This document shows positions 1 through 13,900 of a DNA stretch of 64,000 bases, in pieces (the stretch's first letter is position 1; each line of letters opens with the position of its first letter). The stretch is from Tubulanus polymorphus (lineage: Eukaryota; Animalia; Nemertea). The position numbers and the translations under genes were made by a program. The stretch covers positions 22,548,299 through 22,612,298 of the forward strand of contig NC_134025.1 of the NCBI RefSeq assembly GCF_964204645.1, in the 5' to 3' direction. The notes under the pieces are model-generated. The model saw only the letters and a program-made list of their open reading frames with translations, had not been told where the DNA came from and searched no databases.

Positions 1-762
1 GTTAAGAATATACCATGAACAACTTTCAAGGACTGAAACATAAAACTAAAACACATTATTTATCTCTGGAATCCTGCCCGTGTAAACCCAATCCATTAAA
101 AAGTCAACTCTGTTTAGTATAAGATTAAGATTTATCTCCAGCTTCTGCATACAACTTACTGTCTGTATGTATTGGCAGACTTGTTATAACATACAACAGA
201 CGGATGTCGCCCATAGCTGCCAAAGAAGTTTTATACACATCTCTACCTACATGTATGGGGGAAAGGACTTAAATAAATGGGAAAAGGTAGATGCTTTCCA
301 GATCAAACAATATTCATTGTAATAACTGATGAATCGCAGTACATAGCTTGATTTGTACTAATGTGTTCCTGATAAACATTCTTTGGCACACCCCAGTCAT
401 TAAACACGCAAGCACATAAACTATAACGTAAAATTTTCAACTCGTATACTAAACTCTGAAGTTTTAGCAATATCAACAATACAAACAAGACAGCTTTTAG
501 AAACTAAACTTGAAATACCGGCAAAGCGCAAACTATATCTTAGATCATCGAAATTTACACAGTAAAATTTGCTAACCTATTGAAACCAATAACCGGCATA
601 CAAATACATAAATTTTCAGATACACACATAATAATAACACATATTGATCATGATGGTATTGAAACCATACTCATCATAAATCTATAACATAGACATCTTA
701 GCACAGCTTTTTACAAAACTAGTTTTCAATTGCATGTGTATGAGAAAACACCATGTGAATTA

Positions 763-1897
763 ATACTAGGATTCCAGGTACACCATGCCCACTTGGGAAG
801 TGGATTCAAATGCTCAACAGTCGAACAATTTCAATATTCAATGCCCCAAAAACCAATGACCTTGAAACTCACCACAATCATAGAACATGTCAGCAGCTAC
901 GATTTAAAATTGATTGTGATAACAAAATATGCCTCGTTACCAATTCAATATGGAAATACTAACTTATTCTACTTTTCAACACCCCCTGGTAACCATATGC
1001 TAAACCAAATGACCTTGAAACTCAAGACAATCATAGAACATGTCATGAACTACAACTTTGCAATTGATCATGGTAACAAATTATGCCTAGGTACCAATAT
1101 AATAAGGATATACTAAGTGATTGTGGTAACAAAATATGCATAGGTATAAATATAATATAGAAATAATAAGTTATTGTATTATTCAACGCCCCCTGGTGGC
1201 CAGATACAAAAACCAATGACCTTGAAACTCGCCAAAATCATACAACACGTTATGAGCTACAACTTTTCAATTGATTCTTGCAACAAAATATGCTTAGGTA
1301 TCGATATGTGGAAAAACTTTTTCCCACCTACGAATGAGTACTGATGACACCAAGATGGCCGCCAATTGCGTCATAATTGGCTGATCAAAAATACCTGTCA
1401 GTGTCAGGTATCAAACATCCCTTTCCAAATTGCAATGAGAAATAGCAAACCAGTAGGAAGCTACAGGACTCAGAATTCGGATCAAAATTGACACTTTTGG
1501 GCACTAAAAAGGTCATAGGACGGCCATCTTGAGTCCGATCGACCCAATTTTTCTTACGCTGATGGGCCCTTGGGGGATTCAAATATATACGAAAGATCAA
1601 AGTAATTGATCAAAGCGTCTTCAAAATTTCCCTCAAAAAGTTCAAAAATGTGTAAAAAGTGCTGATTTTGACAAACAACAATGGCTGCCAGTCGGATACT
1701 GACAGAGCCAGTTTTTGGGCTGAAGATGTGTCTAGGGTAGATACATGTGTAACCCAAATATCAAGACATTACATTGAAGCGTCTTCAAAACTTCCCAAAA
1801 ACACTGGATTCCGTCTACGGACGGACGAACGGACGGACCACGGATGAAAAGTAAACGCAATAGCCCGCTGGGACTAAAGTCCCAAGTGGGCTAATAA
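763..1897 (-). mobile_element. Non-autonomous Helentron (HINE/DINE-1-like) with internal ~145-bp tandem repeats
   Basis: 12-bp subterminal inverted repeats gcccacttggga (787-798) / tcccaagtgggc (1880-1891), hairpin gggactaaagtccc, (ACGG)n tract at ~1817-1843, and repeated aatgaccttgaaactc units. Confidence 0.7.
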
Positions 1898-2090
1898 TAG
1901 CAACTCAATATTTAAAAATACATTGTACAACTAATTCATTAATACTACTGCGTAATCCAGTCAATAAGGCTTATTACAGTATGCATAAATAACTTCAATC
2001 TGGGACAATTTGTGACCATGAAGGTTTATGGGGGGGGGGGGAACTATGGTTATTGCACGTTATTTGAACTCTTGTTTCGGACTAAATGCT

Positions 2091-5000
2091 TTAAGTGTCA
2101 TCATCACTGCATTGGCTGGCGGCCACAAGAGCATCAGCCATGCGCTCTTCCGCTAATTCATGGGACGTTTGATGAACTTCCATATAAATTTTGACTAGGA
2201 TTTCAGGAAATAACACCCGAAACACATAATCCATGTACTGAAAATGTAACGAAACAATTTGGTCACAGTGGAACTACAAATGTACTGGTAATCTTTCACA
2301 GGTTATACGATATTGTTGTCATGCTAACCTTCATGTGTGTCTGGCAAAACATATGTAATAGTTGTTCCATTATGCAATCACCTTGATCCTCACTGTATAA
2401 AGTGACTGGCACTTGATAAGTCAAATTACCTGAAATGAAATAGGCAAGTGAAATACCGGTACATGGATATTTGAGTTATCGAAATAGAAAATTGTTGATC
2501 ACAAGGCCTCATTTTTACTTACGCCTGTCCTTTCCACCGTTCTTGTAGTCTTCATGACGTCGGCATTTAATCTATAAGTATTCGCAATCAGAATTACCGG
2601 TAGATTGACTCAATGCAAATATCACTGAAAACTAAGTTGACTAGCTTGTATTTGATGAGGAAAAAAAAGAATACCTTTCCCTGGAAAATGCTCCTCAAAT
2701 ATTGCTCATTCTTTGTAACCAGATAAGATATTTGCTGAGCTTCCAACTGTGAAACCTCTCTGCAAGTTAAAACCAGATTATCCTAAATCATTGTACGTAA
2801 TTTGCAGATCTTAAACACCCTTCTCAGAAAAGATCCAAAGTCCATCTTTCAAACATTTATTGAATAATAGCAATGACAATGACTACTAACTTGACTGCTC
2901 GTATATGCATCATCATTTCATCTACTCGATCTGGTTCAATGGTGATTACTTCAGGAGATGAAAGATCTTCAATTATCGTACATAGATCTTCCTCTCGAAC
3001 GCATTCTGCATTACTGCGGGATAATGACTCTATACAAAAATCAAAGCTTTCTGTTAAAATTCCACAATTTTACGCCAAAATCTAAGGCTAATTCAGCCCT
3101 TAGAGATTTTTAAATATTCGGTTCACTAACAACAATCCTGCTCTGTATCAAAACTAAATGGTTTACAAATGGGAAGGTTGTAATCAAAGAATCATTGAAA
3201 AACTTACTTCGGATTTCTTTAACGACCGATTTCCTCCTCGGCTTTGGTGGAGCAATAAAAGGAAGATCATCTTCTTCTAACATCGTTTCACAAGACCTCT
3301 CGATAGATCTCCGGCTCATGTCAGATACTTCGTTATTATGCTGCATTTCTGCAGTGCTGGCCACAGACTTCTTCGATGAGGTATTCTTTTGGCATGAAAA
3401 ATTCGACGACGGAATAGTTCTTTTTGGCTCGGATTTAATAGAGTTCACTTTTGACCGCTGAGATTTTGTGGACAGAATGTCCGGAAGCTCGTCTATGGCC
3501 AAAATATCGTCAGCTTCATTCGCTGGTGACTGATTGTTGTGCGTCATTACATTATTGTTCGTTTCTTCCGTTAGCGGTTTCATCTTTTTAGGTTTAGTTA
3601 CCGGTGCGCAATCTTTGTCGACTTTTCTTTTGGTATTTTTAAGTGGTTTGAGTTGATTGCAATCTGTACGGTCGCCTTTCAAATCGTCAACAGAGGACGT
3701 GATATTCTTTGATAAGGATTCAAAAATATTTGCGACTCCGTTGCGATTTTTCATTTTCAATGAACCCCCCAACACTGAAGAGGTAGTCGCAGCTGAAGAC
3801 AAGTCAGATGAACAAGCGCTGGAGGTAGCTTTGTCATTGCTATCAGACATTTTCCCTCCCTTTTTTGACTTTGCAGCTCGTTTCGACAACTTCGGCCCAC
3901 TGCGATCAATACTGGAAATATTAGGAATTAAAAGAATATGAATAAGTTCTAACAGTTTTGATGATACACAAGTTATAATCAGTCCCAGAGCTAAAAACGA
4001 TATAGAATTTTGAAAATCAAACGAAACAGGCATTCTTATGAACTGAAGCCTTGCGTTAATCACATTATTCTACAATTGAAAACAAACTACTTTCCAATAT
4101 AGAACTGAGACAAGAATATTGGAATAGTCAAATCCATTCAAACACCCCCCAAAAATGTGTACATATATATGCCGCAAAGTTATTCTGTCATATTTCATCA
4201 GTATCTACACTGCAGATAAAAATCAATATTTGTAAAAGCCAAAAACATGCAACATGCAATATAATGTTTTAACACAGATATTTCGATACTCGAGTCTTTG
4301 CTCACGGCAAAAATCAATATCATTAGATTTTCGCTGATGATGAATATTAGGAAACAGTTGACATATGGCATATCATTTTGATCTAAAATCTAACTGTTGG
4401 TTTTCATCATTTGTAATTCATCTACACTACCAAGAATATGTATATATTTATACTACCCAGTAATCTCATTTATCAGTACTTAAATAGCACTCACATATTC
4501 TGCAATTTCCTTTTTTGACAAATCGTGTTATTTGGAACACATGTTTCTTTCATTTCGACTTTTTCCATGTCTTCGAAGTAAGCACTAGTTGTTGGTTCAG
4601 TCTATAAAACAATTGATCTAATCATTCAATACATATCGAAACCTTCATTACCTAACCTAAAGATTTGAAATACTGAAATCATTTTTGTGCAGAAATATAC
4701 GTAATTATCGGTGACTTTCAAATATGAAACTTCCTGATTGCTTACCATTGCAGCTGTAGACCTCATGTTCATGCGTTTCAGGACAACGACAACCAACTTC
4801 TCTCGAAATATCGAACAAGCATTCAATTTCATACCTGCACAATAAGTTTTGAAACTAGAGGTCCTGGGACACCACGCCACCACACCATGGAAAAATGCCT
4901 GATGACCAGTCAATTTTAATCTAGTCAACATCCCCAGGTGGACAAATACAGTAATCAATGAACACGAAACTGACACCAATTGTAGAATGTATAATGAGCT

Positions 5001-7429
5001 ATACAATTCTGCAATTGATTGTGGTTACAAAATATGCAAAGGTACCAATACATATGGAAATAGGCCTACTGTATCATTCTGTTATTCATTGCCCCCTGGT
5101 GAACATGTGCAAAAACATACAAATGTACCTTGAAACTCACCATAATCATTGAATGTGTAATGAGCTACCAATTTGCAATAGATTGTAGGTATAAAATATG
5201 GATATGTACAAATATAAATGGCAAAATTGAAAAAAAAAGGAAATCAAGACCTATAACAGTGCTAACAGTTATCAAATATCAAGACTGTAAGTTAAAACTG
5301 GTGGATATTTTCCTAAAAGAAAACTTTTTTTGATATCTACACATGTGGACTGATGAGACAATAAAGGCTACCAATAGTTTGATAAAAATTTTTTGATCGA
5401 AAAAACCTGTCTGATATGTTAAAGATCCCCATAACGAATTGCAATGAACAATGGCAAACCATTAACAAGCTACACGTCATCAAATTCTGGCATAAAAAAT
5501 GACAATGTTTGGTACAAAAAAGTCACGCACAGCCATCTTGCGTTAGCTCAACCAAATCTATCTGATGATAACAGGCCCGAAGGGTATACACATGTGCTGA
5601 TTTTAGTGAATATCAATGGCCGCCAATCGGCTATCTTGATTGTGACGAAGGTAGATTCATCTACAAACCAAATCTCAAAATGATCCGTTAAAGCTTCTTC
5701 AAAACTTCCCAAAATAATTGGATTCGATCTTCGGATGGAGGAACGTACAAAAACTGATGAAAAGTGAACGCATTAGCCAGCTGGGACTTAAATCAAATTA
5801 AGGAAAATTGTGATGAATGAGTTATATGACAAAGGTCCACAGATGGTGGAAATGACCAGATATTTTGGTTTTTTTGGGTTTATATCAAATTTGATTTCTC
5901 ATACCTTGCTCGCTTCCATCAGATGAGTTCTTGTCAGCAGTTGTATGACTTCTGGTAAATAAACAAGCTTGCAAATCCGGTTTCAACTTGAATTTGTATA
6001 ATGCTTCAAACGTCAAACCTGAAATTCATTACAAAATAATAACAGTTTTCACTTGACTACAATGCTATGTACGTAGCTATGAATGAAATCATCCATATGC
6101 ATGAAAAAATGCCATTGCAATAAACTTAGCTTTTATGTTCACTCATTGATCTTCATGTGCTGGGATTTTAGAGGGGCTATATTCATTCATTTATCTACCA
6201 TTGTGGCCAATGAGCCCCCAAGATGCAAAACTCTTTGTAGGAGGTTTGTGGTCTCCCAGAAACTTTATTTTGGTCCAGTGTACTGCACTTCAAAGCCATT
6301 ATCACAGTAAGTATTCAGAGATCATCGCTATCTATTGACGTAGAGGGCCAGCAGATTTTCAGAGGAGTCAACGTGAAAAATAAAGAGGTAGCCACCTCTT
6401 TGAAACCCTCTGTGTAGGACACTGTCACTTCAATTAATCTAATATACCAGGGCTCGGTTTCATAGACTGAGTATCAAAGTTATCCCTAGGGGTAAATCCT
6501 CAATCCGGGTGATAACCACCGTAGTAACAATGAGAAACCATGGTTATAACTCACAAATTTCAAAATATTCTCAGGTATTACTTTTCTTCCACATCTATGA
6601 AACCAAGCCCAGGCGTGTATCTTTATGGGTATAGAGCAGGGGCGGATGCAGGGGGACTTATGAGACTTGTACAAGTCCATCAAAATTTTTCTGGGTGCCC
6701 TTTTTCATTTTGTTAACAAAGATAATTGGTGCATTTCAGTGCAGGAGTACGCTTAAAGGAGTGACCTTTTGGGATGTAACGAATCCTTCAAAATTGACCT
6801 CTAGACCCGCTCCTGTAGAGTACATAGAAGTTTGAAATGTACGAACCTGATTTGATTTCGCAGTATTGGTCTTTGTTATCGATTGGTCGACGTTTTTTCT
6901 TTTCTTCGTCATACTGTTGCATGCGGCGATTGAGCACTTCTTTTAATGTTTGGTCAAAATCCTATGAAATTAAACTATCGCCGATTAGTTACTGTAAAGT
7001 ACACTCCTACCCCTTTCCTTTATCCGGCACTGTCCCAGTGTCTTACATCCGTATCTTCGATTGGTCCATCCGATTTCAAAAGCTGGGGCTGCTGCCACAC
7101 TTCCACTTGAAAAACCTGGTTTTTAGATACCTATAATTATGCATGAATATATTTCTGATTATTGAAGATCAATAACAAATATTAAATAATCTACCGGCCA
7201 AAATAGTAGGACTGTAGCTAAGTCTGAAAAATGACCTAAAGCTGCAAAATTTTGAACATCTCCATTTGTACACCAACAGTTAAAGCGGGATTATCATTTT
7301 CAGATGTGGGCACACGCCGGTGTGAACTGTTGAAAGCTCTGTTAGGTCTAAAGATGCAGACTTTTTCAAGACTTGATATCAGCCGTTTAATACCTGCACG
7401 AATCTTGTTTTCGTATTATACACCATCAT
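2091..7429 (-). CDS. SLX4IP-like protein (~589 aa, 12 coding exons) with C-terminal PWWP3A/B (MUM1)-like helical domain
   Basis: Phase-consistent GT-AG exons: 7429-7394, 7130-7047, 6961-6847, 6018-5905, 4834-4746, 4601-4495, 3911-3208, 3029-2891, 2759-2675, 2571-2523, 2429-2329, 2237-2091 (TAA). N-terminus (DQTLKEVLNRRMQQY...CSIFREKLVVVVL) resembles the SLX4IP N-terminal domain. C-terminus (YLRSIFQGK...YMDYVFRVLFPEILVKIYMEVHQTSHELAE) resembles the PWWP3 C-terminal region. Family calls are from memory; the start codon is uncertain. Confidence 0.75.
4853..5790 (-). mobile_element. Second diverged copy of the same HINE-like family (intronic); further fragment at ~11830-11918
   Basis: Collinear similarity with 763-1897 (ttgaaactcacca.aatcat, ttcaaaacttcccaaaa, aaagtgaacgca..agcc.gctgggact). 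Confidence 0.65.
6637..6815. mobile_element. MITE, CAGGGGCGGATCCAG-type TIRs, 5-bp TSD (tagag)
   Basis: TIRs caggggcggatgcag / ctagacccgctcctg flanked by tagag at 6632-6636 and 6816-6820. Confidence 0.6.
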
Positions 7430-10400
7430 GCAATCCTCGCAAAAAGGGGGCAATCCAATCAAACTTTCTCCATCTAAAAAATGAATGTTATTCACGTTTA
7501 TCTTGTGAAAATATGATTTTCATTTTTAATTTGGCAAGTGATGTTTTACGGATATGGCTTAATTCCAGTAAACGCTTTGCTGATAACTCATTCTGATTGG
7601 CTAATTAACATCATGTATGCACACTGAGGTGTGTGACTTAGAACATTCAAGGAAAGTGTTGAGATGAGAGTTAGAGAAAATAGAGCAGTAGGGCCTATTT
7701 GAACCTGGGCTAGCATTTTGACAACGTCTTTCCACAAGACCCCTGAGGTGCCTTAAATTCCCTCTAACATTTTAACTACATGTAGCACTCAACCTAACCC
7801 TAAAGCGGACCCTTACCCCATTCCTAGCTCTAAACCGGATCCTCTAGACCCTATCAAAACCCTGACCCTAACCTCTAGGCCTAATAAATAGCTTCATCAT
7901 TTTCGTAAGATTACCTTATATATGCCGAGTATTATTAGTATATCTTATTATTAGTCAGTCAACCGTCTGTGGTTTAGTTTCACAATCGGATACTTTCACT
8001 GATGCCCATGCGATTATAAAAGCTTACCACAAATGATTAAGTAACTAACTTATCTAGATTATATAGGCCTACTAACTGAAGGTCAGCAAAATAGCATTAA
8101 CTGGAATAATGCTGCATCGGCAAAATATCCACTTCCTTATAGGCCGAACTAGGCTGAGGCCTGCATTGAAGAATTTATAAGGTGACCCAGTTTGGTTTAG
8201 TTCAATTCTAGATTTTGATAAGATTAGCTCATCTCCAATATTTAAATAAGAGAGAGAGAGTACCAATGAATGTACTGTAGGCCTACCGATTTTCTAACTA
8301 GAGACTAGCCAACTCTCATTTCTTGATCCCCTACCTTCTTATCTACCTGGTACTTGGGAACAATGACTAGGTAAAATACAATACAGGGCCACCTAAACTG
8401 CAGTCAGAACACTTACATTCTTACCAGGCTTGCAGTGGCGTTGGAAGTGTAAGCGACTGCAACAACGCAGGGGGCTAATAATGCAATAAAGTTAATTGAT
8501 TTACTCTTTTTTAGTCAGCGTTCTTTAAGTCTTTCTTTTAGTAGGGGAGGTTTACGCAGCATCTATTCTTCTTTGAAATAGAGTTATTGGTTATCCCCTA
8601 TATCACCACCTACGCTTTAATGCATTTCCTCAATAAATCTCTTCCCAAAAAATGAAATCATTAATTTTCGCGGTATGAAACAGCTGTTTCAGCGATTTAT
8701 TTTATAGATTGTTTACAGTTTTGATGCAATACTTCACATCCTGATATCCACTTGCGATAAACTTAGGCGGCTCGAATCCCTAATCTATTTAGTAATTAAC
8801 CCTTTAAAGAGTTTTTAGCAATGAATCGTTCCTGCTTCAAGTAATAGGCCAGAGCAATGTAAAATAAATTTCGAATGATGAATTGATAGAGATGATTAAA
8901 AGCAGACAGTTGAGTTGTGGATTGGTTGTGCATAAAAATGAGCGACTATTGAAAAAGAAAAAAAAAAAACCCAAAATTCATGAAAATTAAGAAAATATTA
9001 AATATGTTGCATTAAAAGTTTTTTATTAAACATAAAATGGTGGTTGCTACAATGTACTGTTACCTACTCTAATTTTCAATCTCATCTATATCACCAATGT
9101 GATACACATCCTGCTCCCTTGGGTACAAATTATTTAAGTTAACAATAATCAATACTAAATTTTAGGCATTGTAGGGATTTCAACTTAGGATAAGTTTTCG
9201 TACATCATAGTCGCTAAAATGTGTTTTAAACTATATCGTGATACATGGATGAAATCAACTAAGTTTAAACATTTTTGAAAATACACATACCATCATATTT
9301 CCCTTCAACTTTTGCATTTCTATCCTCAAAATACATGAGCAATAATGTGTCCATCTCAACAAGTTCAAATCATACATTTACACGAGACTTATGAAAGATT
9401 AGCTACGTAATAGTGGAATATCTATGTGCTCCACCCCGTTGTCACATGACCTTATGGGATGATCACTATGGTAACGGAAATGATTTTTGCGCTTCATGCC
9501 CCGAGGGTATTTCAGGAAAATTCAATACATACACAAGAAAAGTCGGGTTGACGTTAACAACTTCACTAATGTATAACTTCAAAACGCGAAGTAATGGCAA
9601 ATATAGTGCCAGAGGCGAAATAAATTTGTCACTTTAAATTGTAATTCATACAACAATCAAACTGTTTGATACAAATATAAATGATGACAACATACTTGAC
9701 ACTGGTGACACATAGTAGTAGTACACACAACCTAATGCTTATCTAGATCTCATATCAAATGGAATACGTACATGATTCGATCAAATTAATATGTAAAATA
9801 CCTTTTACATAAACAGCGTTTGACATGTATCTATGATTATCCAGATTTTAGCCATGGATTTGTGGCACCTGACCTTTTCAAAAGGCAGAATGTTTGCTAT
9901 TCAGTGAATGAAACCATATTGAAGAAATCACAGTATTTCAAATGAAAGTTAAAACTTTGTCTAAGTCGGATCTTTTGCGACAAAGAAAAATCTTCCGACT
10001 TAGAAAAAGCTGGATTTCCAATTTCCAAAACTACAATTTGAGAATGAATTTCTGTAAATCGAAAAATTCAATCAACATCTACAATGAATGGTTTAAAAAC
10101 ACTGAAACATTTCGGGTTTATTTTTCTTTTCTAATGCGCTGACCACTACTAAAATAATGACTGTTGACATGTATCGTTGATCCAATTTACACGCAAGGTT
10201 TATTGTATTTCTTTTCTCCAGGCCTTACCATAGGCATTGAACATATTGGAGGCAAACCTTAAAATTTTCTAATGACATATCAAAGTACGCTTCAATAATT
10301 TATTGAATGACGTTTTTTTTTTCTTTGAATACAACGTTTATGAAGAAATTGAATAAATTCGCCGCGGCAATATTTAGAACCTGTCCAAAGCCGGCATTTG

Positions 10401-10954
10401 GCCGCAGCAATCAAAAATTGCTTCCAATGCGCCTGTGTTAATCCCTTACATTTTGCTGATTATTTAGTAAAACAGCTTGTATAAACATTTTTATGATTTT
10501 AGGCCCATAGTGTGATGAGTATGCAGTTGGGCTTGAATTTTATTCAGTTGCACTGTATTTGAAAATAAGGCATTGGCAATAAGACCACACTTATCAACAC
10601 GGGTATTCTTTATGTGAAAAAAATAAATTTTTAATATTGTTTTGCATTCAGGTGGGGGATCATCTGAACCACACACTATGCGCCTGGATTTGATAGCTAG
10701 CAATAAGCAAATCAACTAAAATGTCACTTATTTAGAAATATGTCATGTTCAATTTTAATCTTACTGTTTATGAATATACATAACTGTTGGTGATATGATG
10801 CTTTTTAGAATAGTTACATCAAAATGAAACATATAGCCTCTGACTAAACTGGGGGAAGGGAGGGCAAAACATATGTTGGCCCCTGCATTTTGAATCTGGG
10901 TGGCCAAGGCCTATGCTACAATTAACAGGTGTACTCAGATTATATGAACTATCA

Positions 10955-13900
10955 TCAAGATGTGCTTTCATGAATCTTCCAACGGAATGTAGTGCCTTCA
11001 AGATTCAAAGTTTGACCAGCTTTTGCCCCATCAGACAAATGCGAAATGCAACTCTGAAAATTAGATACAGTTTTTAAGACATTGACCATAAAAAAAATAA
11101 ATGCCCATCGGCGAAACTTTTAATCTTATATCAAAAACATTGCGGCTTGCTTTCTTTAATACATACGCACCTTTGCTTGTTGATTTAATGTTGACATGAA
11201 GCCGATGCACATTGTTTCAGTTGTATGTGCCCACAAAAGTTCCCCTAAAAGACAGATATACATTAAATTTTGAGATATTAATTTGAACTAATGCCTAACG
11301 ATTTGACATCCATTTACAATAGATGAAAGGCAAGAAATGAACCTATAAATACACTGTAATACCTTCAAGATTTTCACCATCCCTAGTACAACACAGAGCT
11401 AAAATGCCGCCCAGCTTTTCTGGAATGTCTTTCAAAATTTCTGCTCCTGTAAATTGAAAATGTTTACTCTACAAGCAGAAGAACTAAACGTTCTTGGAAA
11501 TCTAATTTTTCAGATAGTTACAGGGAGAAGTTTCTTACCTAAAAAATTCTTAGTTAGGACGCCAGTTATTGCTTGGCTAGGATTTGAATCAGAGACCAAA
11601 GAATCTGCACACTCCTTAGCTAGTAAACTCCTAATGAGGTGTTCCCCACATCCTGTGAGAAAAAAATGATCAGAACATGCTGAAAATTGCTATGAATTAA
11701 GTAATATCAAAAATACATGTATTTTTGGTAATATCCCTACTCCAAAAATATGGAGTTATGTTTTTTTGAGAGAAATTGTGAGGAATTACCCCAAGTTGGC
11801 TAAAAAAGTGTATAAGAGCTGGTTCCAGCAAACAACAATGCCCATCAGTTGGTCATCTTGTTTCTGATCAGGCTAGTTTTTGGGCTGCAGGTGTATCTAG
11901 GGTAGATACATGTATAATCTTTTGGATTGTCCTTTAAACTACCCACTCTACTTTATCACCAGGGGCCAGTTGCATAGTCATGGCTTAGACTTAAGACCAG
12001 TCTAAGACCAAATTCGTTCTATAGCCAATCTAACAACTTAAGACCAGTCTTAAGATTTAAGACCAATTAGGGCCTATGGACTTAAGTCACAACTGTGCAA
12101 CTGGCCCCAGGGCTTAAGTCGGCTAAAAACGAAAATTACGTAACTGATATAATCTTACCTGATGTACTGACGGCTACACTTGGTTCATCTTTGGTACCAT
12201 TTTGCGCCCAGCAACCACATCCATACATGGCAGCTTGTCCCAAGCGACCTGAATGTTTTAGTATAATGCCCCCACTGGAAACTGCTGCGGCAACATTGCC
12301 AAACTCGTCGACGCATATCGCACCAACAGTGTCATTCAGAACACTTTCCGTACGAGAATTATCCTACAATGAAAAATGAAAACAATTTTGATTGGTTTGG
12401 TTGGAGATATGGATGAACGCATTTTGATTAATTTATATGAAGATATGCTTAGACATTAAAGTAACTCCTGGATTGAATATCTTGTACATTTTGATGAAAT
12501 GTCAGGCAGTTCATACAGAGTTGGGTTCTCGCACCTCAACCAAGTCAGGGTAACTGCTATCATTTCAGACAGTGAGTCAAATAAACCCGTGGGCCAGTTT
12601 TATAGACTGGTATTAGCTTTAACCCCCGAGTTAACTCAGTTGAAAATGGATTGAGTTAGGGCACGGGTTAAAGTTTTAATACCAGTCTATAAAACCGGGC
12701 CCCGTATTCAGTAATGCAGCATTTTTTAATTTCTAGCTACTAAATAATTGTTACTGCCGAACAATGATACTGTATTTTTTCATTCCAAACATTTCTAGCC
12801 CATGCGACACACAGATAACAGATATAAGTAGGAATTACAAGGATTATACAATACACTCTAAATCACTTACTACTGAACCACTTACCAAAGAACACAGCTC
12901 CTCTGGCTTTCTGATTTTACTCGGTGAGTTCGAGGCCTGATGCGTGGAAATATGAGACGTCAACTCGTCTAATTTTCGCCGATGTTTTTTGTAAGAACGC
13001 AAGGAAGAGTCTAAATGAAATAATGCTACGGATTTTTAATATGCTCGGTACACTATGCCGAATAATTTCAGTTGAGAAAAATACGAGTTCACTGGCTGGT
13101 ACCTGTTATCATTTTACTGGCTGGACATGGAGCTATTCCATGAGTAACAGCCCAATCGAAAGCACCTTTACCGACAAGAATACTGTAATGAAGAGGACAT
13201 AAGTATAGAAAAAGAGCGCACTAAATCTTCTCAAAAACATTCAATTTCAAAAGTGACATTGATTACCATGGAGGTATTCGACCGAGTGGTGTATTTGGAA
13301 TGCTTTGATATTTTAGTAAAGCTTCTGCCACTTGAATCGGATTCTTAATTCCTTTGAATGATAAGAAAATAAGGAACATGAACACAAAATTCCCTGACTT
13401 TTCCCTGATTTCCAGTTAAGTGGCTACCCTGTAGTCATTGACTAGATCGGTACATTTCTAACCTGATAATGCACCTGTAGCACCATAATGACTAGTCTTT
13501 CCATCCATGACACTAGCGTCGCATTCTACACAACCGTCTAATGTCAAATTTGACCCGAGACCCGCATTTGTACATTCAGAATCCTATAAAAATGACAATC
13601 AATTATAATAATTTTTCTTAAATGTTATTTCGCCGGCACATTTGCTATCCTTACCTCTAAAGACAAAATTGCAGCCACAACTGCACTGACCACATTTTCC
13701 TTTTTCTTCAACAATTTTATAGCCTGGCATAAATGAAAAGGGAAAAATCTTATGACAATTAGACTTACAATTGAGGGTAATGTTTGGATGATCAATTGAG
13801 CACAATACCTGTAAACAAGCTTCCTGACAAGTCCTTTTGTATTCCTTCGCTTTGGCTTCAGAATGGTATCCAGCTCCTAAAATACAAGCAGGCGTGCAAT

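Noticed and set aside
730-1116. 128-aa ORF with internal repeat
   Set aside because: Arises from the tandem units of the HINE-like element.
840-1300. Regularly spaced repeats as a CRISPR-like array
   Set aside because: Whole ~145-bp units are homologous (no unique spacers); eukaryotic context with no cas genes.
7790-7875. Degenerate CCCTAA-like repeats
   Set aside because: Too degenerate for a telomeric array; typical of decayed small repeats.
12516-12529. AGAG-TTGGG-TTCT resembling telomerase RNA P6.1
   Set aside because: No CTAACCCT template or pseudoknot upstream (that region is antisense TASP1 exon).
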